Positions 6,825-16,500 of a stretch of DNA of 21,448 nucleotides are shown piece after piece. The translations under genes and the position numbers were made by a program. How positions within the stretch are numbered: the first letter of the stretch is position 1; every line of letters starts with the position of its first letter. Under the pieces are notes generated by a model, which searched no databases, was not told where the DNA came from, and saw nothing but the letters and a program-made list of their open reading frames with translations. Source of the stretch: Candidatus Fervidifonticultor quintus (lineage in GTDB: Bacteria; Sysuimicrobiota; Sysuimicrobiia; Sysuimicrobiales; Humicultoraceae); NCBI GenBank assembly GCA_031459535.1, contig JAVKIJ010000054.1, positions 1-21,448 of the forward strand, in the 5' to 3' direction.

Positions 6825-7727
6825 ATGCGATCTACGGCGGCAGGTGTGGTGGTGTTGCTGGTGTTCTCCGTAGCCGGCGCGCTGCGGCCGGCGGATGGTG
6901 CGTCGGCGGCGTCGCCGATGGTGCTCCAGAACGTGGGCTTCCAGACACCCGAATCGGTGCTCTACGATCCTGTCAGCGACGTCTACCTCGTGGCGAATAT
7001 CAACGGGAACCCCACGGCCGCCGACGGCAACGGGTTCATCTCGCGAGTGGCCCCGTCGGGCAGGGTGGCGGCATTGAAGTGGATCGATGGAACACGGGCC
7101 GGCACCACGCTCAACGCGCCCAAGGGCATGGCCATCGTCGGCGACACGCTTTATGTCTCCGACATCACCGCCGTGCGGATGTTCGACCGCCGGACGGGGC
7201 GGTTTGAGGGCTCGGTGGAGATCCCCGGCGCGACGTTCGTCAACGACCTGGCCTCGGCCCCAGACGGCTCCGTGTACGTCACCGACAGCGGGCTCAAGCC
7301 GGACTTCAGCCCCTCGGGCACCGACGCGGTGTACCGCATTGACCGCGGGCGGAAGCTCAGCACGGTCGCCAAGCGCACGGCGCTGAGGAACCCCAACGGA
7401 ATCGCAGTGCGCCCCAGCGGCAGGCTCGTGGTCGTGAACTTCAGCAAGCCGGGCGAAGTCCTCACCCTGGGACGCAACGGGCAGCTCCTCGATACGTGGA
7501 AGCTACCCGCCGGACAGCTCGACGGCGTCGTGATCCTGCCGGACGGTGCGCTACTCGTGTCCAGCTGGGAGGCCTCGGTCGTCTACCGGGTGGAGCGTGG
7601 CGGGGTGGCCAGGGTGGTCGTGCGCGACGTGCCGTCGCCCGCCGACATCGGCTACGACTCGAGGCGGGGCCGGGTGCTGATTCCGATCTTCACGAAGCAT
7701 CAGGTGGTGATCCAGCCGCTCCCGTAG
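6825..7727 (+). CDS. Exported SMP-30/gluconolactonase/LRE-family beta-propeller protein
   Basis: Signal peptide followed by GFQTPESVLYD, LNAPKGM, FVNDL, NPNGI, GQLDGV and PADIGYD repeats. GGAGG RBS at 6814-6818. Confidence 0.85.
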   Translation: MRSTAAGVVVLLVFSVAGALRPADGASAASPMVLQNVGFQTPESVLYDPVSDVYLVANINGNPTAADGNGFISRVAPSGRVAALKWIDGTRAGTTLNAPKGMAIVGDTLYVSDITAVRMFDRRTGRFEGSVEIPGATFVNDLASAPDGSVYVTDSGLKPDFSPSGTDAVYRIDRGRKLSTVAKRTALRNPNGIAVRPSGRLVVVNFSKPGEVLTLGRNGQLLDTWKLPAGQLDGVVILPDGALLVSSWEASVVYRVERGGVARVVVRDVPSPADIGYDSRRGRVLIPIFTKHQVVIQPLP

Positions 7728-7754
7728 GCGGCGTGTCGCTTCGGAGGTAGCGCG

Positions 7755-8939
7755 GTCGACGACCATCTGCGCCAGAGGAACCAGCGACCAACCCGTGGGA
7801 CGCCCGCCCGCATCCTGGGGCGGGCGTTCATCTGGCTGTGGCTGTCCTCGCTGTGCACGTATGCCGGCTTTCAGTTCCTGACCGCCAGCCTGCCGCTGTA
7901 TGCCATCCGGCTGGGCGCCGACGACGCGGCGCTGGGCTTGCTCATCGGGTTCATCGCCGCGGTAGCGCTGGTCACGCGGCCGCTGGCCGGGTGGTGGATC
8001 GACCGCGCGAACAGCACGCTCCCCCTGGTGGCGGGCGGTCTCATCTTCGCGGCGTGCGCGCTCGGCTACTGGCAGGCCAGGTCGGTGACGACGCTGCTCG
8101 CGCTGCGGGCCGTTACCGGCCTCGCGATCGCCTTCTACGGGACCGCGAGCCAGACGCTGGCCGCCAATCTCTCACCGGCCGAGCGGCGCGGCGAGGCCAT
8201 GAGCCTCTTTGCCCTGGCGCTCACGCTCTCCCAGGGCTTTGGTCCGCCCGCGGGCGTGGCGCTGGCCGCGCGCATCGGGTATCCCGGTCTGTTCCTGACG
8301 TGCGCGGTGATCACGCTGGTGGGCGTGGCGTTCTCGGCAGGGCTGCACGCCCTGCGGCCTGATCCCACGGCGCGACGCCGCGGCCGTGTCCTCAACTGGA
8401 AGGTCCTGCTCCCCGGGTTGCTGCTGCTCACCCTCAATGTGGCGTTCGGCGTCAACTTTGCGCTGCTGGCCGTTCACGCGAGCCGCCGGGGGCTGGTCAA
8501 TCCCGGCCTGGTGTTCGTGGCGCACGCCCTCGGGGTGTTTGCGGCCCAATCCGTCGCTGGCAGGTTGTCTGACCGCCTCGGCCGCCTGGCGGTGATCGTG
8601 CCCGGCTTGGCGCTGGCCGCGGTTGGGCTCTGGGTCACGGCGCTGGCCGCGGGGGCACAGCTGTTCGCAGCCGGCGCGCTCTCCGGCCTCGGGCTCGGCG
8701 CCGCGCAGCCGTTGCTGTATGCCCTGGCGGCCGACCTGGTCCCGCTGGAGGAGCGCGGCAGCGCTGTGGGCACCATCGGGATCTTCCATGAGATCGGCAT
8801 CGTGGTCGGTGCCGTCGGCGGCGGTTTGCTGGGCCGCAGCGTCGGGCTCCCGCAGATGTATGGCATCGCCGGCACCGTTCCTGCGTCTGGGGCGATACTC
8901 GCGCTGCTGGCGACTAGGCGCGTCCGCTCCCGGGCATAA
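7755..8939 (+). CDS. MFS transporter (start uncertain; first canonical start is TTG 7938)
   Basis: RPLAGWWIDR, PAERRGEAMS, AGRLSDRLGR, EERGSAVG. The frame is open from 7728 and encodes an extra TM1-like segment (ILGRAFIWLWLSSLCTYAGFQFLTASLPLYA) upstream of 7938. Confidence 0.85.
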   Translation, partial: VDDHLRQRNQRPTRGTPARILGRAFIWLWLSSLCTYAGFQFLTASLPLYAIRLGADDAALGLLIGFIAAVALVTRPLAGWWIDRANSTLPLVAGGLIFAACALGYWQARSVTTLLALRAVTGLAIAFYGTASQTLAANLSPAERRGEAMSLFALALTLSQGFGPPAGVALAARIGYPGLFLTCAVITLVGVAFSAGLHALRPDPTARRRGRVLNWKVLLPGLLLLTLNVAFGVNFALLAVHASRRGLVNPGLVFVAHALGVFAAQSVAGRLSDRLGRLAVIVPGLALAAVGLWVTALAAGAQLFAAGALSGLGLGAAQPLLYALAADLVPLEERGSAVGTIGIFHEIGIVVGAVGGGLLGRSVGLPQMYGIAGTVPASGAILALLATRRVRSRA

Positions 8940-9039
8940 CCCGTGCCTGCGCGCGGCGGGCAGGAGTGTGCGGGTCCGCGGGCTATTACACAGGAGGGAG
9001 CTGGATGCGCCCGGGGAGATTCCAGTCGGGAGGTAGAGC

Positions 9040-10431
9040 ATGTCCATCGAGGCCGTTCACCGTTACCTTGACAGCCGCCGCGACGAGCATCTCGACATCC
9101 TCATGGGCCTGCTGCGCCAGCCCAGTATCAGCGCTCAGGACAAGGGCGTCAAGGAGTGCGCGGCGCTGCTGGCCGAGATGATGCGCCGCCTGGGCATCGC
9201 GGCTGAGGTCATCGGGACCCAGACGCAGCCCGTCGTGTACGGAGAGATCACGAAAGCCCCCGGGGCCTTCACGCTGTTGTGCTACGGGCACTACGACGTC
9301 CAGCCGCCGGAGCCGCTGGAGTTGTGGGAGAGCCCGCCGTTCGAGCCGACGATCCGCCACGGCCGGATCTACGCCCGGGGCGTCGGCGATAACAAGGGCC
9401 AGCTCCTCGCTCACGTCCTGGCCGCGAATGCGTGGCTCGAGGTCGTCGGCGGCCCGCCGATCAACCTGAAGTTTGTCTTCGAAGGCGAGGAAGAATCGGG
9501 CTCGCCGGGCCTGGGGCCGTTCGTGCGCGCGCACGCGGCCAGGCTGGCGGCGGATCTGGTCTACATCTCCGACGGCGGGCTGCACCCCTCGGGCGCCCCG
9601 GTCATCTCGCTGGGAAACCGCGGCATCCTGGGCATCACTTTGCTGGCGCAGGGGGCCGACCGGGACAACCACTCGGGTAACAAGGGCGGCGTGGCCCCCA
9701 ACCCGGTGTGGATGCTCGTGAACGTTCTTTCCACCATGGTGGATTCAACGGGCCGTGTGCTCATCGAAGGGTTCTATGATCGGGTGCGACCGATCGGCCC
9801 GGTCGAGGAACGGCTGCTGGCGCAGATGGACTTCGACCCGGTCGAATTCGGTCGGACCATGGGGCTCGCGCGAGTCCCCATGGATGGCCCGACCTACTGG
9901 CGCAGGATCATGCTGGAGCCGTACGTGAACATCAACGGCTTCATCAGCGGGTACGTCGGGCCGGGATCGAAGACGATCATCCCCTCAACCGCCGAGTGCC
10001 GTATGGACATCCGGCTGGTGGTGGATCAGACGACTGGCGACATCCTGGAGAAGGTGAAACGGCACGTGGCGAAGGTGGATCCCCGCGTGCAGGTGGTCCC
10101 CCGTGGCTTCGGCGTCATGGAGGCCAGCCGCACCGCGCCGGACCATCCGGCCGTCGGCGTCGTCGCCCGTGCCATCAAGGCCGTGCGCGGGGTGGAGCCC
10201 TACGTCAACCTGTGCTCGGGCGGTAGTCTCCCCAACGCGGTCTGGCCCAGTCTGCTCGGTGCCGATCACATCACGGTCCCGTACGCGAACGCCGACGAGA
10301 ACAACCACAGTCCCAACGAGAACATGAGCCTGGAGCGGTTCTACGACGGGGCCCACGTGAGTGCCCAGGTCTACGCGGCCCTGGCCGAGGCCGATGCGCG
10401 CGGCGCCCTGCCGCGGGGGAGAAGAGACTGA
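9040..10431 (+). CDS. M20/M25/M40 family metallopeptidase (dipeptidase / ArgE-DapE-like)
   Basis: YGHYDVQP, ARGVGDNKGQ, EGEEESGS, ISDG, HSGN and HSPNE give a complete set of metal ligands. GGGAGGT RBS. Confidence 0.93.
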   Translation: MSIEAVHRYLDSRRDEHLDILMGLLRQPSISAQDKGVKECAALLAEMMRRLGIAAEVIGTQTQPVVYGEITKAPGAFTLLCYGHYDVQPPEPLELWESPPFEPTIRHGRIYARGVGDNKGQLLAHVLAANAWLEVVGGPPINLKFVFEGEEESGSPGLGPFVRAHAARLAADLVYISDGGLHPSGAPVISLGNRGILGITLLAQGADRDNHSGNKGGVAPNPVWMLVNVLSTMVDSTGRVLIEGFYDRVRPIGPVEERLLAQMDFDPVEFGRTMGLARVPMDGPTYWRRIMLEPYVNINGFISGYVGPGSKTIIPSTAECRMDIRLVVDQTTGDILEKVKRHVAKVDPRVQVVPRGFGVMEASRTAPDHPAVGVVARAIKAVRGVEPYVNLCSGGSLPNAVWPSLLGADHITVPYANADENNHSPNENMSLERFYDGAHVSAQVYAALAEADARGALPRGRRD

Positions 10432-11183
10432 GTCCGCTGCTGCGGCTGGGCCTGTTCGGCGGGGGCGCGCTGGCGGCGTATGCCATGACCTGGTGGGCGC
10501 TTGCGACGCTGGGCCTTGGGGGCTGGTTGGCCCCGGTCTGGGTGGTCGAGACGTACCTGATCGTCGGGGTGGCCTCCCTGGCCCGCGCGCGGGGCATCGG
10601 ACGCCCACGTCGCGAGCGTCGCGGGCTCCCGCGGGTGCCGGCAGCGGTCCCGGTGCGGTATTCCACCGAGGAGGGGCAGGTTGGAATCGGCACGCTGGTC
10701 GACATCACGGAGCGGGGCGCCGGGCTGCTGATTCCGCGAGTGACCCTGGACGCCGAGCAGGTCTGGATCCAGTTCCTCTGGTTCGACGACCGGGTGGGCA
10801 CCCGGGGCCGCATCGTCCACGCCTACGAGACGAGGCACGGCGTGCGCCTGGGCCTCGAGCTCCTGCCGCTGCACCCCCAGACGCGCGACCTCCTGGCGCG
10901 CTACGTTATGCCCTACGGACAGTCAGTGCCGCGCGCGACCGACGAGGCCCTGCCCGTGCAGGTCCAATATGGCACAGCCACGGTCTGGGCCGTCGCTCTG
11001 GGCGGCGGGGGCGGATCGCTGACCCTGCTGGTCCCCGAGCGCGTCGCCGTCGGATCTCGGATCACCGTCTCCGCCTGGGGCCGGGCGACGCCGACAGAGT
11101 GCCGCGTCGTCCGGGGGGAGGCCCTCAGGATCGGGCCGGTCTCGCTGTGCCGGATTGAGACCCGGCCGGTCGCCCCGGCCTGA
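10428..11183 (+). CDS. Membrane-anchored PilZ-domain protein (one canonical PilZ plus one degenerate PilZ-like domain); alternative start ATG 10485
   Basis: Hydrophobic N-terminus, then ERRGLPR (RxxxR) and LVDITERGAGL (D-x-S/T-x-x-G), GRIVH, and LGLEL. A second beta-rich unit ends ECRVVR. CTG at 10428 overlaps the upstream TGA and follows GGGGGAG. Confidence 0.7.
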   Translation: MSPLLRLGLFGGGALAAYAMTWWALATLGLGGWLAPVWVVETYLIVGVASLARARGIGRPRRERRGLPRVPAAVPVRYSTEEGQVGIGTLVDITERGAGLLIPRVTLDAEQVWIQFLWFDDRVGTRGRIVHAYETRHGVRLGLELLPLHPQTRDLLARYVMPYGQSVPRATDEALPVQVQYGTATVWAVALGGGGGSLTLLVPERVAVGSRITVSAWGRATPTECRVVRGEALRIGPVSLCRIETRPVAPA

Positions 11184-11197
11184 GGGCCGGTACGCGC

Positions 11198-13333
11198 GTG
11201 GACCCGTCCCTGCTGCCTTTTTTTCGCCCGCGCGGCATCGTCCTGGTGGGCGCCTCGCACGATCCTGCCAAGCTCGGCTACGGCGTGGCCAGCAATCTGA
11301 TCCAAAGCGGCTATCAGGGTGCCATCCACTTCGTCAACCCCAGGGGCGGAGAGCTACTCGGGCGTCCCGTCTACACCCATCTCGCCGCCGTACCGGATCC
11401 TGTGGACCTGGCGGTCCTGATCGTGCCGGCCCCGGCCACGCCGGACGCCCTGGAAGCCTGCGGCCGACGTGGGATTCGCGCCGCCATGGTGCTGGCGGGC
11501 GGATTCCGCGAAGTGGGCCCCGACGGCGCGCGGCTGGAGGCCGAGTGCGTGCGCATCGCCCGCGACCACCAGATGCGCCTGCTTGGCCCAAACTGCGTGG
11601 GCGTGATCGATACGCATCTACCCCTGAATGCCACCTTCCTGTCACCACCGGGTCCGATCCCCGGCGAGGTGGCTTTCATCTCACACTCGGGCGCCATCTG
11701 CGCCGCGGTGACGGACTGGTCCAGCGGGCAGGGGTTCGGGCTGTCGCACCTGATCAGCCTGGGGAACCAGGCCGACGTCACCGAGACCGACGTTCTGGGT
11801 CCCGTGGCCGAGGACTCACATACCCGTGTGCTCACCCTCTATCTCGAAGGCATCGGCGACGGGCGGCGGTTCGTGGAGGAAGCCCGCCGGGTCAGCCGGC
11901 GGAAGCCGGTCGTTGCCCTCAAGGTGGGCCGCTCGACCGGCGGGCGGGACGCTGTGGCTTCACACACCGGGGCAATGGCAGGCCGGGAAGCCGCCTACGA
12001 CGCCGCCCTCCGTGCCGCGGGTGTGATCCGCGCCCAGACCACCGAGGAGATGTTCGACTGGGCGCGGGCGCTGGCGTGGTGCCCGCCCCCGGCCGGGCGC
12101 AACGTCGCGGTGCTCACCAACGCCGGCGGGCCCGGCGTGGTCGCCGCGGATGCCATTGAAGCATGCGGCCTGCGCCTGGCGAGGCTGGGTGAAGGGACGC
12201 AGTCCACGCTGCGCGATCTGCTCCCCCCAGCGGTCAGCGTGCGCAACCCGGTGGACATCCTGGCGTCTGCCTCGCCGGACCAGTACGCGGCGTGCCTGCG
12301 CTTGCTCCTGGACGACCAGGGCGTGGACGGCGTGCTGGTCATCCTCCCGCCGCCGCCCCGGGTGGCTGCCGAGGTGGTCGCGCAAGCCCTGGTCCCGGTG
12401 ATTCGGAGCGCGGCCAAGCCAGTGCTCGTGGCCCTGATGGGCGAGCGCGCGATCCGCCGCGCGGCTGCGGTGTTCCAGGCCGCGCGCATTCCGGACTACC
12501 GCTTTCCCGAGCGAGCCGCCTCGGCGCTGGCGATCCTGGCCAGGCAGGCCGAGACGCTCGGGCGGCCTGAGCCCGCGGCCGCGGTATTCCGGGATGTGCG
12601 GACCGATGTGGTGCGCGAGCTCCTGGCAGAGTGCGAGGAGGCCGCCGGAGCAGTGGCCGACCAGACCCTCGCTGGCCACATCCTGGAAGCGTACGGGATT
12701 CCGGTGGTGCGCGTCGAACTGGCCCGGACCGCCGAGGAGGCCGTGGCCCTGGCCCGGCGGATAGGGTTTCCGGTGGCGTTGAAGATCGCCTCTCCGGACA
12801 TTTCCCACAAGTCCGAGGTGGGTGGCGTCGTGCTCGACGCAGCCGACGGCCCGGCCGTGGCCGAAGGATTTGCCGGCATCCTCGCCCGCGCGCGGGCCGC
12901 CCGCCCGCAAGCAAGGATCCTAGGCGTGCACGTGCAGCCCATGCTTCCTCCTGGTCAAGAGGTCATCGTTGGGGCGATCCAGGATCCCCAGTTCAAAGCG
13001 CTGGTGATGTTCGGGTCGGGCGGGGTTGAGGTCGAGAGCCTGCGCGATGTGGCGTTCGCCCTGGCCCCGCCCTCACGTGAGGATGTCAACCACATGATGG
13101 AGAGCACGTGGGTCGGTCGCCGGCTGCGCGGCGATCGCCACCTGCCGCCCGCCGACCGCGAGGCGGTGACGGAGGTGGTGCTGAGGATGGGGCAACTGGC
13201 AGCGGACTTCCCCGAGATCGCTGAGGTCGAGGTCAATCCGTTGCGGGTCCTGCCCGGCCGGGGTGGGGCAGTGGCGGTGGACGTGCGCCTCCGGGTCGCC
13301 CGCACCGCGCCGCCTTCCCTCGCATCGGGGTGA
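11198..13333 (+). CDS. ADP-forming acetate/acyl-CoA ligase, fused alpha-beta (ACD)
   Basis: CoA-binding domain (VGAS, VNP, VDLAV, LLGPNCVG), SHSGA, SLGNQAD, ASHTGAMAG (phospho-His), TNAGGPGV, NPVD, and an ATP-grasp domain GFPVALKIASPDISHKSEVGGV..EVNPL..AVDVR. No GNAT domain. Confidence 0.9.
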   Translation: MDPSLLPFFRPRGIVLVGASHDPAKLGYGVASNLIQSGYQGAIHFVNPRGGELLGRPVYTHLAAVPDPVDLAVLIVPAPATPDALEACGRRGIRAAMVLAGGFREVGPDGARLEAECVRIARDHQMRLLGPNCVGVIDTHLPLNATFLSPPGPIPGEVAFISHSGAICAAVTDWSSGQGFGLSHLISLGNQADVTETDVLGPVAEDSHTRVLTLYLEGIGDGRRFVEEARRVSRRKPVVALKVGRSTGGRDAVASHTGAMAGREAAYDAALRAAGVIRAQTTEEMFDWARALAWCPPPAGRNVAVLTNAGGPGVVAADAIEACGLRLARLGEGTQSTLRDLLPPAVSVRNPVDILASASPDQYAACLRLLLDDQGVDGVLVILPPPPRVAAEVVAQALVPVIRSAAKPVLVALMGERAIRRAAAVFQAARIPDYRFPERAASALAILARQAETLGRPEPAAAVFRDVRTDVVRELLAECEEAAGAVADQTLAGHILEAYGIPVVRVELARTAEEAVALARRIGFPVALKIASPDISHKSEVGGVVLDAADGPAVAEGFAGILARARAARPQARILGVHVQPMLPPGQEVIVGAIQDPQFKALVMFGSGGVEVESLRDVAFALAPPSREDVNHMMESTWVGRRLRGDRHLPPADREAVTEVVLRMGQLAADFPEIAEVEVNPLRVLPGRGGAVAVDVRLRVARTAPPSLASG

Positions 13334-13517
13334 GTGCTGACAAGGGATTCGCCGGGGCCCGAAGGAACATCGGGTCGAGGATGTATACCTGTCGGTTCGG
13401 CCCGGGTTTACCTTCTTACCAGGGGCGCTGCCGCCGTCAGAACCGTTTGTTCTCCCCTTCAGTCAACCCAGCGGACAGCCAGGGGTCTGACGCCGGCCGG
13501 GCTCGAGGAGGACACGC

Positions 13518-16500
13518 ATGAACCAGGCTACGAAGCGCCAGACGATCACGCTGGACGGCAATGAGGCTACCGCGTCGGTCGCCTATCGTGTGAGTGAGGT
13601 CATCGCCATCTATCCCATTACGCCGTCTTCGCCCATGGGCGAATTTGCCGACGAGTGGGCGGCGATGGGACAGCCCAACATCTGGGGCGTCGTCCCCCAG
13701 GTGGTGGAGATGCAGTCGGAAGGCGGCGCGGCAGGCGCGGTCCACGGCGCCCTGCAGACCGGTGCGCTGACCACGACGTTCACCGCATCTCAGGGCCTGC
13801 TGCTCATGATCCCCAACATGTACAAGATCGCCGGCGAGCTCACCGCCTACGCCATGCACGTGTCGGCGCGGACCATCGCGACCCACGCCCTGTCCATCTT
13901 CGGCGACCATTCCGACGTGATGGCGTGCCGGCAGATCGGGTTTGCCATGCTGGCTTCCGGCTCGGTGCAGGAGGCCCACGACCTGGCCGCCATCGCCCAC
14001 GCGGCCACCCTGCGGGCGCGGGTACCGTTCCTGCACTTCTTCGACGGCTTCCGCACCTCGCACGAGGTCGCCCGAATCGAGAGGCTGTCCGACGACGACC
14101 TGCGGGCCATGATGTCCGAGGAGTTGATCAGGGCCCACCGGGAGCGGGCCCTGTCACCTGACCGGCCGGTCCTGCGCGGGTCGGCGCAGAACCCGGACAC
14201 CTTCTTCCAGGCCCGGGAGGCGTGCAACCCGTTCTACCTGGCGTGCCCCGACATCGTGCAGGCGGCGATGGATACCTTCGCGGGCTTGACCGGCCGGCAG
14301 TACCATCTGTTCGACTACGTGGGCCACCCCGAGGCCGAACGGGTCATCGTGCTCATGGGTTCGGGAGCCGAGACCGCCCACGAGACCGTGGAGTGGATGC
14401 TCAACAGCGGCGAGAAGGTCGGCGTACTCAAGGTCCGGCTCTACCGGCCGTTTTCGGCGAAGGCCTTCGTCGAGACGCTGCCCGCCACCGTGCGGGCCAT
14501 CGCGGCGTTGGACCGCACCAAGGAACCGGGCGCGCTGGGCGAGCCACTCTACCAGGACGTGGTCACGGCGCTGCGTGAGTACGGCGAGACTAGGTTTGGC
14601 ACAGAGCCGAGGGTCATCGGCGGCCGCTACGGCCTGTCGTCTAAGGAGTTCACGCCGGCCATGGTGTTCGCGGTCTTCGCGGAACTGGCCAAGGCCAATC
14701 CCAAGCGCCACTTCACCATCGGGATCAACGACGACGTGACCGGTCTGTCGCTCCCGTTCGATCCCGACCTGGACATCGAGCCGGACGATGTGACGCGGGC
14801 GGTCTTCTTTGGTCTCGGCGCCGACGGCACCGTGGGCGCCAACAAGAACTCCATCAAGATCATCGGGGAGGAGACCCCGTACTACGCCCAGGGGTACTTC
14901 GTCTACGATTCGAGGAAGTCGGGCGCCATCACCACCTCACACCTGCGGTTCGGCCTGCGGCCAATCCGGTCGGCGTACCTGATTCGGCGGGCGAATTTCG
15001 TGGCCTGCCACCAGTGGCCCTTCATGGAGAAGTACGATATGCTGAGCTATGCTCAGCCGGGGGCCACGTTCCTGCTCAACGCTCCCTATGGACCCGACGA
15101 GGTCTGGGACCACCTGACCCGCGACGTCCAGGAACAGATCATTGCCAAGCGTCTGAAGTTCTATGTGATCGACGCCCTGGACGTCGCACACCGCACCGGC
15201 ATGGGCGGCCGCATCAACTCCGTGATGCAGACCTGCTTCTTTGCCCTCTCGGGGGTGCTGCCGCGTGAGGAGGCGATCGCCAAGATCAAGGAAGCGATCC
15301 AGAAGACGTACGGCCGCAAGGGCGACGAGGTGGTGCGCCGCAACTGGGAGGCCGTGGACCAGACCCTGGCCAACCTCTACGAGGTCCAGGTGCCGGAGCG
15401 CGTCACCGCCCAGCGGTCCCTGCCGCCCACGGTGCCCCCCGAGGCGCCGGACTTCGTCAAGAACATCACGGCCATGATGATGGCCCAGAAGGGCGACATG
15501 CTCCCGGTCAGCGCGTTCCAGCCCGACGGCACGTGGCCCACGGGCACCACTCAGTGGGAGAAGCGCAACATCGCCAACGAGATCCCGGTGTGGGAGCGGG
15601 ATCTCTGCATCCAGTGCAACAAGTGCGTGTTCGTCTGCCCGCACGCGGTCATCCGGGCCAAGATTGTGGAGCCTACGCTCCTGCAGGAGGCGCCGCCGAC
15701 CTTCAAGTCCATGCCATACCGCAGCCCGGAGATCAAGGGCCATGCCTACGTGCTCCAGGTGGCGCCGGAGGACTGCACAGGCTGCAGCCTGTGCGTCATG
15801 GTCTGTCCGGCCAAGGACAAGACCAACCCCAAGCGCAAGGCGATCAACATGGCGCCCCAGTTGCCGTTGCGCGAGCAGGAGCGCGAGAACTGGAACTTCT
15901 TCCTGACCCTGCCGGATTTCGACCGGGCGAAGCTGCGCCACAATGTGAAGGAATCCCAGTTCCTGCGGCCGCTGTTCGAGTTCTCGGGGGCCTGCGCCGG
16001 CTGCGGCGAGACCCCGTACATCAAGCTGATGACCCAGCTCTTCGGGGATCGCCTCCTGATCGCCAACGCCACCGGGTGCTCGTCCATCTACGGGGGCAAC
16101 CTGCCCACGACCCCCTATACGACCAACCAGGACGGCCGCGGCCCGGCCTGGGCCAACTCCCTGTTTGAGGACAACGCTGAGTTCGGGCTCGGCATGCGCC
16201 TGGCCATTGACAAGCTGGCCCAGCAGGCGCGCGAGCTGGTGGAGCGCCTGCGCTCTCTGCTTGGCTCCGACCTGGCCGATGAGTTGTTGAACGCTGACCA
16301 GTCCAGCGAGGCCGGTATTGCGGCCCAGCGGGCCCGCGTGGGGGCCCTGCGGGCGCGCCTGGCCGGCAGCGACCTGCCCGAGGCACGACGCCTGCTCGTG
16401 ATCGCCGACTATCTGGTGCGCAAGAGCGTGTGGATCGTTGGCGGCGACGGCTGGGCGTACGACATCGGCTACGGCGGGCTCGACCACGTGCTGTCCCTGG

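Noticed and set aside
8940-9039. Possible riboswitch or terminator before the M20 peptidase
   Set aside because: Only short GC stems are present (for example CTGGA/TCCAG), with no U-tract and no known aptamer consensus.
11198-13333. Protein lysine acetyltransferase (Pat/Pka) call
   Set aside because: There is no GNAT domain and the catalytic His residues are retained.
13334-13517. TPP or c-di-GMP-I riboswitch, or an FNR/Rex site, upstream of nifJ
   Set aside because: CTGAGA/ACCTGA (TPP), GCAAA/GNRA elements (c-di-GMP-I), and TTGAT-N4-ATCAA or TTGTGAA-N4-TTCACAA boxes are absent. The resemblance is limited to GCCAGGGGTCTGA.
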